Positions 1 to 10,437 of a DNA stretch of 64,000 nt are shown one piece after another. The stretch's first letter is position 1. Every line of letters begins with the position of its first letter. Origin of the DNA: Spirochaetia bacterium (GTDB taxonomy: Bacteria > Spirochaetota > Spirochaetia > UBA9216); contig OY776510.1 in NCBI GenBank assembly GCA_963675665.1, positions 768,001 to 832,000 of the forward strand, in the 5' to 3' direction. The translations under genes were made by a program, and so were the position numbers. A model generated the notes under the pieces. The model saw only the letters and a list, made by a program, of their open reading frames with translations. It ran no database searches and was not told where the DNA came from.

Positions 1-297
1 TACGGAGTATGGTTGACAAACACCTTATTTGACAGATTAATTTCAACTGAATCAGATGATTTTAAAAATAAATTGAAAAGAAGATGGGAGTCCTTAAGAA
101 GCACTACTTTTTCTGAGAATAATTTAATAAATATATTCCAGAACAATATTAATCTTCTTATAGATTCCGGAGCAGCAGAACGTGACGCAGAAACGTGGCC
201 GGAACTCCAAACCAATCTCTCAGATGAGTTAACATTTATCGAATCATGGATTAGCGCCCATTTGATATATCTAGATAACTATATAAATGAACTTTGA
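1..297 (+). CDS. CotH kinase family protein, C-terminal part (5' end outside window)
   Basis: Frame open from base 1 (YGVWLTNTLFDRL...FKNKLKRRWESLR...AERDAETW...WISAHLIYLD), which resembles CotH-family C-termini. Confidence 0.65.
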   Translation, partial: YGVWLTNTLFDRLISTESDDFKNKLKRRWESLRSTTFSENNLINIFQNNINLLIDSGAAERDAETWPELQTNLSDELTFIESWISAHLIYLDNYINEL

Positions 298-324
298 GGG
301 TCCCGATAAAAGAATATCAAGAAC

Positions 325-2004
325 TCATTGTAACTGAGTAATCAACTCCGTTCTTCGTTGAATCAAATATTGAAGTCTGTCGTCATAATAGTTGGTAAAC
401 TGAATCCAGGAAACCTCATCCTCCACTGAAATATTATGCTGAATATCACATATTTCTTTTCTTTTTAAGAAAAATGATAATTCATATTCTGTATTTTGAA
501 AAACAGCATTTAGATAATCTTCCGTTAAAATATTTTCCAATAAATTCAAAAAAATGCTTTTATATCTATTATATAAAAAGGAGTCCTCTTCAATTGCCTT
601 ATCCAATATCATTTCATTGCAATAAACCAAACTTCCGGGTGTAAAATTTCCCCAATGCGGAGGCAAAAAAAGATCATCATAATCCCATGCTGAAATTAAA
701 AAATATGGTTTATCATTTTCAATAATTCCAGGTAAACCATAAAAAAATATTTCATCTGAATAATCACCGTTCTGAACGAAAGTATTAAATGCTATCCAGC
801 ACATATAACCATCTATATCCATTCTCTTGGAAAGTTCATCATATAATTCAGAACCAGAATAGCTATTTGATAAATCATAAATACTATTATATGTTTCAAT
901 GTAATTTGATAAATCAATTTGTGCTGAATCGTAATAATATTTTAAATCATATTCGGGGTAATATCTTCTTCTTATTACAAACTCAACTTCCGGTTTTTTT
1001 CTTATAATCCCATCCTGAGTTTTTTCAACCAACATGTACATGCCTAAAGACTGATAATTAAACTCAACTTCAAATAATTTAAATGATGGGACAAACAACC
1101 CAAGCTCACTCAAAATTGTAAATGCCATATGATGGTTCAGATACCCGGTATCAGCATCCATAGATATAAGCAAGAAAGAATCTGCATATACATCTGAAAA
1201 CAGATTTGTATAGTCTCCGGATGGCAATCGAATTTCATAACTCTTACGATTGTACCCTAAAGAACTCGCACCATGAAGATTGATTTCAGCATCCTCAAAT
1301 ACATCATCCCTAAACTCAATATTTATTTCATGCTCGGCCGTATAATCATAACCCACAGGATTTGTTAATGATTCAACAGCATCCTGATCAGCAAATATTC
1401 TAATCTGCCTGTTGTCTTCAATTAATACTTTAACTATATAGTTTTTATATTCATTTAATTCATTTATTGTTCGAACATAAACTATATTTTCTCCGATCTC
1501 CAAATCTTGCGTAGGACGTATAATTTTATTCGAAGCACATTGCCATATATTAAATAATGAATTTATCTTATATTCAATCTCCAAATTGGTTTCAGAAAAA
1601 TCTAATATTGGTCGGTTATTGACTGTAACCAACATCAAGTCTCCCAATTCATTTTTTTCTTCATCAAATGTATTTATATTTATATTCTTAATTAATTCTA
1701 ATCCGTTTTTATTATATTTTACTTCAAAATTATAACTGCCATTTGCAGAAACCGGCGTTAAGATCAAATTGCTATCTGAATCCAGATCCTGCCAATCTTC
1801 ACTATTTATACGGAATTGTAAATCATCAGATAAAATAGTATTATCCCATTGATAAATAATTTCCTGTGTAACAGGTGAATAAAATCCAGATATAATCAGT
1901 TCATCGTTATTGTCCAGACTATGTTCTATTTTAAATAAATTACATGAAGAAAATAGTATCAAAATCAGAAGCCATCCAGGTTTTTTAAAATGACAGTATT
2001 TCAT
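325..2004 (-). CDS. CotH kinase family lipoprotein
   Basis: Lipobox LFSSC; CotH motifs HGASS..RKSYEI, GMYMLVEK, NGDY, AWDYD. Confidence 0.85.
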   Translation of the reverse strand: MKYCHFKKPGWLLILILFSSCNLFKIEHSLDNNDELIISGFYSPVTQEIIYQWDNTILSDDLQFRINSEDWQDLDSDSNLILTPVSANGSYNFEVKYNKNGLELIKNININTFDEEKNELGDLMLVTVNNRPILDFSETNLEIEYKINSLFNIWQCASNKIIRPTQDLEIGENIVYVRTINELNEYKNYIVKVLIEDNRQIRIFADQDAVESLTNPVGYDYTAEHEINIEFRDDVFEDAEINLHGASSLGYNRKSYEIRLPSGDYTNLFSDVYADSFLLISMDADTGYLNHHMAFTILSELGLFVPSFKLFEVEFNYQSLGMYMLVEKTQDGIIRKKPEVEFVIRRRYYPEYDLKYYYDSAQIDLSNYIETYNSIYDLSNSYSGSELYDELSKRMDIDGYMCWIAFNTFVQNGDYSDEIFFYGLPGIIENDKPYFLISAWDYDDLFLPPHWGNFTPGSLVYCNEMILDKAIEEDSFLYNRYKSIFLNLLENILTEDYLNAVFQNTEYELSFFLKRKEICDIQHNISVEDEVSWIQFTNYYDDRLQYLIQRRTELITQLQ

Positions 2005-2005
2005 C

Positions 2006-3823
2006 TTAATCGATCAATCCCATACTCAGACCGTCGCTTCCGGCATTATACCCAATACTATCACTTGTTAAACGATATCTGGAATCCATATTCGGTTCAC
2101 CGATAATATTATTTTGAAAAAGCTCATTGTAAGTTGATAGTAATGAATTATTTACACTAATTCTCATAGACGGATTCCAGTTGAATTGATGGAAATCCCA
2201 TATATCTTTTAAATTCTCAATTAATATACTGTTTTCAACAATCAAGCTTCCGCCGGAACCTTCCCAGGAATAATTATCTCCGTGTCGTATCCCGATTTCA
2301 TTTTCCATTATAAGGCAATGATCAATATCAACTCTATGCTCAACATTACTGTAACCCAATTCGATTCCCTGGCCACAATTCCTTATCACAGTATTATATA
2401 TAGTGTGCTGAATAACATCATTATCAGTACTAGTCAGAGCTAAACCCTCATGAAAACATGACTCTATCCAACAATTATTAATTGTTAAGTCGCCCATATT
2501 TCCACTGTCTATTCCATCATCCTTACAATTAATAATAACTGTGTTATTCAGTGTCGCGGTTGCTGATGCTGCAAAGTATAAAGCGTCATTATCGTTATCT
2601 ATATAATTCCTGCTGCTATCTGGAAAATCAAGCAAATAACTATTTTCTATTAACACATCAGAAGCGTTAAACTGACCGGCTGACTGTGCCCTTTGAATAA
2701 GTGAATTTTGAATAGTTACAGATGCTCCTGTTCCTCCAAAAGCCTGTGTTTTTGTATTAATAATATAGGAATTATTCAGTAATATTGTAGATAAATCCTG
2801 AAAAAAGAAAAGAGGCTGTCCCCCGGCGTGACCCCAGCTGTAATCTTTGGAATTCGCTCCACTATTTATAAAAATCGCTCCTGTTGCCGTAAAATCTGTA
2901 GTTGTGTCGCTAAAAATAAATCCGCCCCAATATTCTTCTTTCGAAGCAGAGGTGAAAACAACCGGGTTCGCGATTGTTCCATTAATAATAATATTGCCGT
3001 CACATATGAAATCAGCATTGTTGCTAACTTTTATAATTGTGCCTTCTTCTATTGTCAGAGTTTCCCCCGCAGGTATCTGCACATCACTTAAGATTGAAAT
3101 AAAACTAAATGAATTCCAACTTTGGGTTTCAATGAGACCTGCTTTTTCAATCCAGACAGGATTCTCGGTAAATGTAATTGCTTTCAGGTCGCTTGTTTCT
3201 GAGTCAATACTAACATCAAAAGATCCTACAGAAGTATTATGATCGTATAGAATAACAGAACCTACTCCTCTTTGTATTTCCAGTAATTCTGAGCTAAAAG
3301 AAAAGTCGGCATAATTATAAACAGGAATAATAATACTCGACTCTTTTATATTTACAATAATCGGAAGTGGCAAATTTACCGGATATGATTTAGGAGAAAT
3401 TACTTCGATTAAAGGCGTATTATAATCTGAAATTACCGGTATCGAATAATTTTTCAAATCAGGACAAGATAATCCCCAATCTGCCCATCCTCTCACCGGA
3501 TGTAATATTATAAATTGAACTTTTTCATAGTATTTCTGCCCATTAAGCAGATGTTCATAAAATATTTCCACTTCATAATAACCGGGTAAAGCAACCCGGT
3601 AAGAAGTATCTGGTTCTATGGATTCTCCATTAAGATAAATTTTATATGTATACTCAGCATTTGTATTTATTTTGAATAATACAGGCTCCCAGTATGAAAC
3701 CTTGTTTTCTACACCGGTCAATAGCGGCAAGACTTCTTCTTCATCCAATACTGACGACTGGTCAGAACAAGAATAAGAAAGTAAAATCAAGATAAAACAA
3801 ATTATGTATCTATAACGAAACAC
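2006..3823 (-). CDS. Right-handed parallel beta-helix lipoprotein
   Basis: Lipobox SYSC; LTIEEGT..GT.ANPVVFTS..WGG followed by DNDALY/DDGID/HEGLAL/GQGIELG helix repeats. Confidence 0.75.
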   Translation of the reverse strand: MFRYRYIICFILILLSYSCSDQSSVLDEEEVLPLLTGVENKVSYWEPVLFKINTNAEYTYKIYLNGESIEPDTSYRVALPGYYEVEIFYEHLLNGQKYYEKVQFIILHPVRGWADWGLSCPDLKNYSIPVISDYNTPLIEVISPKSYPVNLPLPIIVNIKESSIIIPVYNYADFSFSSELLEIQRGVGSVILYDHNTSVGSFDVSIDSETSDLKAITFTENPVWIEKAGLIETQSWNSFSFISILSDVQIPAGETLTIEEGTIIKVSNNADFICDGNIIINGTIANPVVFTSASKEEYWGGFIFSDTTTDFTATGAIFINSGANSKDYSWGHAGGQPLFFFQDLSTILLNNSYIINTKTQAFGGTGASVTIQNSLIQRAQSAGQFNASDVLIENSYLLDFPDSSRNYIDNDNDALYFAASATATLNNTVIINCKDDGIDSGNMGDLTINNCWIESCFHEGLALTSTDNDVIQHTIYNTVIRNCGQGIELGYSNVEHRVDIDHCLIMENEIGIRHGDNYSWEGSGGSLIVENSILIENLKDIWDFHQFNWNPSMRISVNNSLLSTYNELFQNNIIGEPNMDSRYRLTSDSIGYNAGSDGLSMGLID

Positions 3824-4811
3824 AAATCTCCCCTGTAAGACTATTTACTATTGTGTTTAGTCTATATTCATAATTATACTGCATTTTTGTAGTTAAAAAC
3901 TTATTTAATTCAAAGGAAACACCTCCTCCGGTATTAATAAATGACTCATCAGATACTTTTGTTACACTATCGTCATAAAACTCAAATGTACAACAAATAG
4001 AAAATTTATTATATCTATATGAGAGTAAAGCCCCTCCGCCCCTCTTCCAATAAAAATAATCGTTCATAACGCTGGCAAAAATCTTCGATTCAAAGTATTC
4101 CAAAAGAAAACTAATGTCTTGAGAGTTATTTATTCCAAAAAAGAAATCTGTATATAATCCATGAGTAAAATTCTGCATTGGGATTTCCTTGAAAAATATG
4201 GAATCATATATATTATATCCAATTTTATACTTTGAATTCTTAAAAACCTTATCTTGAATGAAGATATTACCAACTAAAGAAAATGCTGTTTCGGCGCCAC
4301 CATCCAATAGCTCCTGATTATTAAATATTCCAATTTTATAACCTAATAAATTAAATACTTTCTTGCCATAGATTGAAACCCCAATATCTCGTCCCAGACA
4401 AAACTCATCTGTTATATTATAATGATTAATATATGTTCGCTCGTTATCCCCAAGAGAATATTCCTCGCCGAATGGTGTTTTATATTTTCCAATCTTAATC
4501 GAATGGTTTTTATTAATTTTTTTATCCAGATATATATCTTTTATTTTAAAAAAATAATCTTCATCATTTGACGAATTTGAAAAATCAATTTCGACATTTG
4601 CACTATAGCCGTCCTGAAATTTTAATTCTAATCCGGGTTGAAGTTCGCCCAGATGGAATTTTCCAAAGCCGTCGGAATCATAATACGAATATACTCCCGC
4701 CATATCAAATTTAAATTCCAATTCAAACTCTTCACTCTTATAAAAATTAATATCGGCAAAAAGAATATGACTGCAATTGATAATAAGCAGAATAAATATA
4801 AGTTTTCTCAA
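3810..4811 (-). CDS. Outer-membrane porin, phosphate-selective OprO/OprP-like family
   Basis: Signal peptide; KDIY, KIGKYKTPFGEE and GRDIGV..G motifs; amphipathic beta-strand pattern. Confidence 0.65.
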   Translation of the reverse strand: MRKLIFILLIINCSHILFADINFYKSEEFELEFKFDMAGVYSYYDSDGFGKFHLGELQPGLELKFQDGYSANVEIDFSNSSNDEDYFFKIKDIYLDKKINKNHSIKIGKYKTPFGEEYSLGDNERTYINHYNITDEFCLGRDIGVSIYGKKVFNLLGYKIGIFNNQELLDGGAETAFSLVGNIFIQDKVFKNSKYKIGYNIYDSIFFKEIPMQNFTHGLYTDFFFGINNSQDISFLLEYFESKIFASVMNDYFYWKRGGGALLSYRYNKFSICCTFEFYDDSVTKVSDESFINTGGGVSFELNKFLTTKMQYNYEYRLNTIVNSLTGEICVSL

Positions 4812-5314
4812 GACTCATTACTCCTTCCCATCGTATGCTCCTCAAAATATTTATATATTCCGCCTCCATCTATTTCCAATCCATATGATCCGTTATAGGT
4901 ATCAGGTATATCATCAATACGATCTATTACATAATCTTTGCCACTATCTGTGTATATTAATATTATTGATTCTCCCATTTTTAATTTAAAATCAGTGCTT
5001 CCATTTTCTTCTTTTCCATCACAGATGACAACTTCAAAAGATTTTCCGGGAATTATGCTTCCTGAAGGGAATGTCCATTTTTCTCCGAGCAGATCATCAT
5101 TTAAAGATATCCTTGAAAGGTCAATTGCTGTTTCTGAGGAGTTATACAACTCTATCCAGTCATCCTCATCTGTGTTATTATTCGAATATTCATTTATAAA
5201 TAGTACTTTCTGAGATTGTAAGAATGAAAATTCTTTTTCCTCATAAAAAAAGGAACATCCTGATATAATAAAAACAAAAAATAATAGACTGTATTTTTTC
5301 AGATAAAACTCCAT
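4808..5314 (-). CDS. Lamin tail domain lipoprotein
   Basis: Lipobox ISGC; INE...DWIELYN...IDLS...W.FP.G.I.PG; ends in a TMG..N motif. Confidence 0.85.
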   Translation of the reverse strand: MEFYLKKYSLLFFVFIISGCSFFYEEKEFSFLQSQKVLFINEYSNNNTDEDDWIELYNSSETAIDLSRISLNDDLLGEKWTFPSGSIIPGKSFEVVICDGKEENGSTDFKLKMGESIILIYTDSGKDYVIDRIDDIPDTYNGSYGLEIDGGGIYKYFEEHTMGRSNES

Positions 5315-5322
5315 TTTATTTA

Positions 5323-5958
5323 TTATAGCTCCTCCTCCGGAATATAAAAAATTCTTATCTTTGCCGTGTCCTGAAGAAAATCGATTTGATTAATCTCAAC
5401 TCTCGAAATTTCAAGTCCGGTTCGCGCAGATAGATCAGCGATTAATTCATCACGTCTTTCCGGAACAATGAGTTCAATTTTTTCATATAATATTATTTTT
5501 GTATAAATATTATTGAAAATTTTATGTTCAAGAAAAGCTGTAGAGGCAATGATAGTAATATTTGCAAGAAGCAATTCAGTATGACTGACGCTTTTATTTG
5601 ATAATGCATTAATCACACCAACACCAATAATAATAAACATATACGTCATTTCTTTTATTGCAATTTGAGAAGTACGATACCTTAATATCCCGAAAATCGC
5701 AAATAACCCTACCGCGAAACCCATTTCAACATCTACACTTTCAAGAAGAAAACATAATAAAAAGACAACTGTGCTTAAGAGGAAGAAAGTGAAAACATAA
5801 TTCTTATGTTTTTGTAATTCTACTCGCTGTCTTTTTTTTCTATAATAAATTGAGCAAATTATGAAAGTTACGATTAAATGAAATACTAATCTGACAATCA
5901 GTTCGAAAAAATCATCAGGATTAATTATTTTAATCCCTAAAAACCTGAGATTATCCAA
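5323..5958 (-). CDS. DUF4956 family membrane protein
   Basis: Several TM helices; GFAVGLFAIFGILRYRT..I..KEMTY.F signature. Confidence 0.85.
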   Translation of the reverse strand: MDNLRFLGIKIINPDDFFELIVRLVFHLIVTFIICSIYYRKKRQRVELQKHKNYVFTFFLLSTVVFLLCFLLESVDVEMGFAVGLFAIFGILRYRTSQIAIKEMTYMFIIIGVGVINALSNKSVSHTELLLANITIIASTAFLEHKIFNNIYTKIILYEKIELIVPERRDELIADLSARTGLEISRVEINQIDFLQDTAKIRIFYIPEEEL

Positions 5959-6724
5959 AAATTTCCTCCATTCCCTGAATTAATTTTATAATTTGTCTGT
6001 TTCGTTTTTTAAACCTGTTAGATTTTAAAAATGATGAATTTAGTATATTCTGTCCTAAACAATATTTACTTATCTTAAAAGGAAATATTCCTTCACTTTT
6101 CATATAGCGATAAAAATCGGTTTTTTGTCCTTTTGATTTAACTTCAATAACAGCCAAATTATTCAATTTAACTTTATTCCCTTTCATATGATAAGCAAGG
6201 TTATAATCAATTGTAACTCTTTCGTTAGAGTCGAAGTTTACTAAAGTAAACCGACTAAACTCAATATTAAACTGTTTTTCCAAATCTTCCGGCAGATATG
6301 GTGTTTTTTCCGTAATGAATTTCTCAATTATTTCAGAATTATCATTCGCAGAATTTAATTCTAACCTCTTCTTATCTACTCTTCCCACATTAGATTTAAA
6401 TTTTGATTCAATGAAACAGAGATCTGAATCCAGATACCTTCTTATACGAATTTTATACCTGTTCAATTTTTTATTATGATGTTTCAGATACATTTCACAA
6501 TCAGAAGTATCATAGTAAGTTGTAGAGTATCTAAAAACTCTTTTTTCATCAATTTCCAGTATTCTATATTGATTAATAAATCTTTTTAGCAGTTTTGGTA
6601 ATTTATCTTGACTAATTATAAATTTAGTATCAAATCTTTTCAGCAGAACTGCTGATTCTATTTCAATTAATGAAACAGGAGTAAAATCATTAAGAAATGA
6701 AATTTCATCACTGAGCAATTCCAT
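5951..6724 (-). CDS. VTC-domain (polyphosphate polymerase, CYTH/TTM fold) protein
   Basis: KRFDTKF, YSTTYYDT, RYKIRIRRY, FIESK.K, RVTID.NL, VIEVK, SKYC motifs. Confidence 0.85.
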   Translation of the reverse strand: MELLSDEISFLNDFTPVSLIEIESAVLLKRFDTKFIISQDKLPKLLKRFINQYRILEIDEKRVFRYSTTYYDTSDCEMYLKHHNKKLNRYKIRIRRYLDSDLCFIESKFKSNVGRVDKKRLELNSANDNSEIIEKFITEKTPYLPEDLEKQFNIEFSRFTLVNFDSNERVTIDYNLAYHMKGNKVKLNNLAVIEVKSKGQKTDFYRYMKSEGIFPFKISKYCLGQNILNSSFLKSNRFKKRNRQIIKLIQGMEEIFG

Positions 6725-6749
6725 AATTAACTCCAGAATTCATGTATAT

Positions 6750-7421
6750 TCATTTTTTTATTTCTGCAGCAACACTGTATACAGATTCAAAAATTTCCTG
6801 AGTTTCAGGTTTTGTAAATATTTTCATAATTGTATCCTGAAGCGGTATGGGATTATCAAACTGGGTTTCAGCATAACAGCGAATATAGGTGCGTGGAGCT
6901 CCATCGACAGATTCAAGGCTCTGCAGATACCAGAAACCTTCATATTCCTTAAAGTTACCTTCCTCGCAGTCTATCAGGCGCCAGTTCATTACAAACTCAG
7001 TTGAGGTGAACTTTACAACATTTACTATAGTTGTATAGATGTAATCCTGACCTATTCCCAGAAATTTCGCACTGGTATGTATTTTTTGGCGATGAGGAAC
7101 AGTTAAAGGATCTTCCGGATTAAGATCAACAGTATCAATCATTCTTTTAAACACTTTTTCACCGTTATCATGATCGGAAATTATCTCTGCGAGAGTTTTT
7201 AACTTAATATCGAAGACTGCATGAAAATCGGAGACTGCATGTATGCGTTTCTCGCCATCTTCACTTAATCGATTTATCCTAAGTGTAATTTCTTTTGCCT
7301 TCTTTCCTAATGAAGAAATATCTGCTCCAGGCGCTATTGAGTATTGTGAATTTAACGAGTACAAATTCACTGTAGTTAGTAATGTTAAGAAAAAAAGAAT
7401 TATTCTACATAAAAGTTTCAT
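6750..7421 (-). CDS. Exported hypothetical protein, possibly START/SRPBCC fold
   Basis: Signal peptide; W.L....GNFK.YEGFWYL pattern. Confidence 0.5.
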   Translation of the reverse strand: MKLLCRIILFFLTLLTTVNLYSLNSQYSIAPGADISSLGKKAKEITLRINRLSEDGEKRIHAVSDFHAVFDIKLKTLAEIISDHDNGEKVFKRMIDTVDLNPEDPLTVPHRQKIHTSAKFLGIGQDYIYTTIVNVVKFTSTEFVMNWRLIDCEEGNFKEYEGFWYLQSLESVDGAPRTYIRCYAETQFDNPIPLQDTIMKIFTKPETQEIFESVYSVAAEIKK

Positions 7422-9036
7422 TGCTTATTGTCATCTTTACTGATATTACTGCCTGAAAATCATTGAATACTGATTCGGGTTCATGATTAAAATTATTTAT
7501 GTTTATATATGCAAGATTTACACTTGCGCATAAAAACGGGAAGATTTCATAAGTGCCGTACAGACCTATAACAAGTTTGTATTCTGGAATACCTGTAGGT
7601 GTTTTTAATCCTGCAGCTTCCGCAGTTTCTTCATATTCAGTTGCAATTGTATTCCCGCCTTTTAGAATATAATCAGCCGTTAGTGCTGCTTTAATCATTC
7701 CAGGAATCGTATAACCTGCTTCAGAAGAAAATGCTATTGTATCAGGTCCATATTTATAACCTATAGGCTTATAGATGTTGACCCTTTTGTTAAGAATGTC
7801 CGATGATTCCCGATGAGACCATACCATACCGGCTTCAGGAATTTCCAGTAAATAACACCACGGGCTGGTGTATAAATATTCAAAATAAGCCGAGATATAA
7901 CCGGGACCAACAGGTAGTGAAAAATCTATTCCAAGCAAGTGCGCATCAGCATTCGGCGTGACGTTGACTTCACTTCCGTATTCGGCCTGTTCCAGTCCTG
8001 TACTTATTTCATCAAGCAGGTATTCTCCATAGAACTCTATACCGGACAGAGGAACAATACTGAACCCGGCAGTCATACAAATATTTGCCACGCTTATGTT
8101 TCCGTCTTCATCGGTAATCGGATGATTTCTGAATAGATTGTGGTATACAATTAAAGGATTAATAAACTGCAATTCAGTAGATTCACCGTAGAATAATGAA
8201 GATTCATTAACAGAAAGTGTAAATTTATCAAAAAATCGTGCTTCCAGCGCATGATCTACTTGATACCGCTGAGCCGGATCATAATCGGTCCAGCTTTCGA
8301 AATTCAGATATGTCCAGGTATAAGCAAAATTATCTGTATATCCCCGGATCTTAAAAAAATCATAATAGTCCGGATACGAAGACAGAAGCAGTTTTCCGTT
8401 TTTTCCATTGCCATATTCAAACTGATCTCTGCCTAATTGAATATTCCAGTTGCTGCCGCCGAATGAAAAAAAACCGCGATCCGGAAAATGGTAATTAAGA
8501 TCTCCAAACGAAACGGGCAGATTTGTATAATTTCCTTTATATTCTCCATCATCATCAGTATCAGTAATTATAAATCTGCTTTCTTCAAAATCGGGTTCCA
8601 TAACTGCATAGAACCCTTTGTTAAACCAGGTTTCTGCGGTAACTGTTAAAAAAGGCCGGCGATCTTCATAAGCATAATACCATTGTGTTTCATCATCGGA
8701 ACTATGAAGATAAGACTCAATAGAAGCTGCTATTGAAACATCCATTAAAAATCCATTTTCTTGATATATTCCGGAGTGTTCCAATAACTTCTCAAGCCGT
8801 TTCATCGCAATCTTGCCAGGTTGCGACAACTGTCCTTCGTCTATCTGTTCGATAATATTTTTTATTTGCGCCTCGGAAAAAGGCTTGACAGCCGATAGAG
8901 AACTGACCCCTGCTTCAGCTTCCAGAAGACTCATCAGGCTGTATATCTCAGAATCAATAGGAACAATTTTTTGATCGTTTGGGAAAAGTGAAAAAGGAAT
9001 TATTAATAATAAAAAAACAACCAGGAACTTATTCAT
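7405..9036 (-). CDS. Wzi-like (capsule assembly) outer membrane protein
   Basis: Signal peptide; QLGRD..YG.G..G.LLLS, INPL..YHN, EY.YT.P..Y, PIGY.YGPD. Confidence 0.7.
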   Translation of the reverse strand: MNKFLVVFLLLIIPFSLFPNDQKIVPIDSEIYSLMSLLEAEAGVSSLSAVKPFSEAQIKNIIEQIDEGQLSQPGKIAMKRLEKLLEHSGIYQENGFLMDVSIAASIESYLHSSDDETQWYYAYEDRRPFLTVTAETWFNKGFYAVMEPDFEESRFIITDTDDDGEYKGNYTNLPVSFGDLNYHFPDRGFFSFGGSNWNIQLGRDQFEYGNGKNGKLLLSSYPDYYDFFKIRGYTDNFAYTWTYLNFESWTDYDPAQRYQVDHALEARFFDKFTLSVNESSLFYGESTELQFINPLIVYHNLFRNHPITDEDGNISVANICMTAGFSIVPLSGIEFYGEYLLDEISTGLEQAEYGSEVNVTPNADAHLLGIDFSLPVGPGYISAYFEYLYTSPWCYLLEIPEAGMVWSHRESSDILNKRVNIYKPIGYKYGPDTIAFSSEAGYTIPGMIKAALTADYILKGGNTIATEYEETAEAAGLKTPTGIPEYKLVIGLYGTYEIFPFLCASVNLAYININNFNHEPESVFNDFQAVISVKMTISNETFM

Positions 9037-9042
9037 AATCTT

Positions 9043-10437
9043 TTATATCGAATAGATTACTCCCAGGGAAATTGAAAAGATACCCTTATTATATTCAGAC
9101 GGGACCCAATATTGTATCATATTTACATCACTTTGTAATTCGACAGGCACATCAGTAAGCTCGAGAACATTCCAGATATAGCCTACTTCCAGGGCAGCGC
9201 TTATTTTCAGATCCGAAAGATCTATCTCCGGAAGACCGCGGGACACCCCGGCCGTCAACACCAGTTTTTTCTCCAGTACATCTGCATCGAGAAACTTCGT
9301 ACCTGCATCCGGTACCTGTGTCCACAATTCGTATTCCGACCATGGATTTGCAGGAGATTTGCTGCCTGATAAAGAGAACTCAACAGAAGTATATAATCCG
9401 ATATCAAACCACTCAGCAGTATAATCAGCCATAATTGTGAAATTATTCTCTCCGTTGTAGTACCCGATATAGTTATCCTCTAATTCAATAGGCATTATTA
9501 CGCCATTAGCATAATATGTTGCCTCCGGATAAAAACTGTAACCGTATTTATAATCAATTGAACTTCCGCCGGATGATTGAAAGGTATATTTTGTTGCACC
9601 TGCATGATACAGACCGACAATGCCGAAATTAAAATTATACCGGCATCCTGCCGACCATGCAATTTTATTCGGATTTTGAGAACTTTCCGGATTGAATATT
9701 GCATTGGCATTAAAATCATCTACTAAAACCTGGCCATATGCATAGAACCTTTCCGGCTCCCATTCAAGAAATAATCCCATAATTGAATTATCATTTCCGT
9801 CTACCTGCCAGGGTTTTCCGACAGAGACCCTTGTATACTGTTTGAAAAATCCAGGCAAAGGGTTTAAAAAATATTCGATATCAAAACTTCGTTCTGTATA
9901 GATCAAGGAATCCTGAAAGCCGAATTTGAAATCGCCAATATAAATTCCATAACTGTTATATTGCCATCCTCTTTCAGGAAAACCAAGAGCCGAATCACGA
10001 TTGAGCTCAGTCCATCGTGAAGTATAGAAGAAATTTCTATCATCATAACTGATATCAGCTAATAAAGCCGGGATAATTTTTGAGGAAACAAACAGACTAT
10101 ATGGCGAATCAATAGTATCATTTAAAGTCGTTCTTCCGAGTGTCACCGCCAGATCTTTCCATGTAAACTCAAAGCCTCCGTCCTCAAGAAAGAAGTAATA
10201 GCCAAAAAACAAGTCGTCACCATGCGAAGGCTGATATTTATTATCATTACAGACTGAAAGACTCCAGAAAAAATCTATATACTCATTGGTATGTCCAATG
10301 TCGAGAACACCGTACTGATAGAAGCTTTTTACGGAATTCAAATCATAAACAAAATCCGCTCCAGCTGAAACATCAAATGCGAATACATTTATTACAAAAC
10401 CTGTTATATAAAAAATTATAAAAATCAACTTTTTCAT
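9043..10437 (-). CDS. Second Wzi-like outer membrane beta-barrel protein
   Basis: Signal peptide; YFLNPLP, DNSIMG, YGQVLVDD, YIGYY.G; adjacent paralog-like gene. Confidence 0.55.
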   Translation of the reverse strand: MKKLIFIIFYITGFVINVFAFDVSAGADFVYDLNSVKSFYQYGVLDIGHTNEYIDFFWSLSVCNDNKYQPSHGDDLFFGYYFFLEDGGFEFTWKDLAVTLGRTTLNDTIDSPYSLFVSSKIIPALLADISYDDRNFFYTSRWTELNRDSALGFPERGWQYNSYGIYIGDFKFGFQDSLIYTERSFDIEYFLNPLPGFFKQYTRVSVGKPWQVDGNDNSIMGLFLEWEPERFYAYGQVLVDDFNANAIFNPESSQNPNKIAWSAGCRYNFNFGIVGLYHAGATKYTFQSSGGSSIDYKYGYSFYPEATYYANGVIMPIELEDNYIGYYNGENNFTIMADYTAEWFDIGLYTSVEFSLSGSKSPANPWSEYELWTQVPDAGTKFLDADVLEKKLVLTAGVSRGLPEIDLSDLKISAALEVGYIWNVLELTDVPVELQSDVNMIQYWVPSEYNKGIFSISLGVIYSI

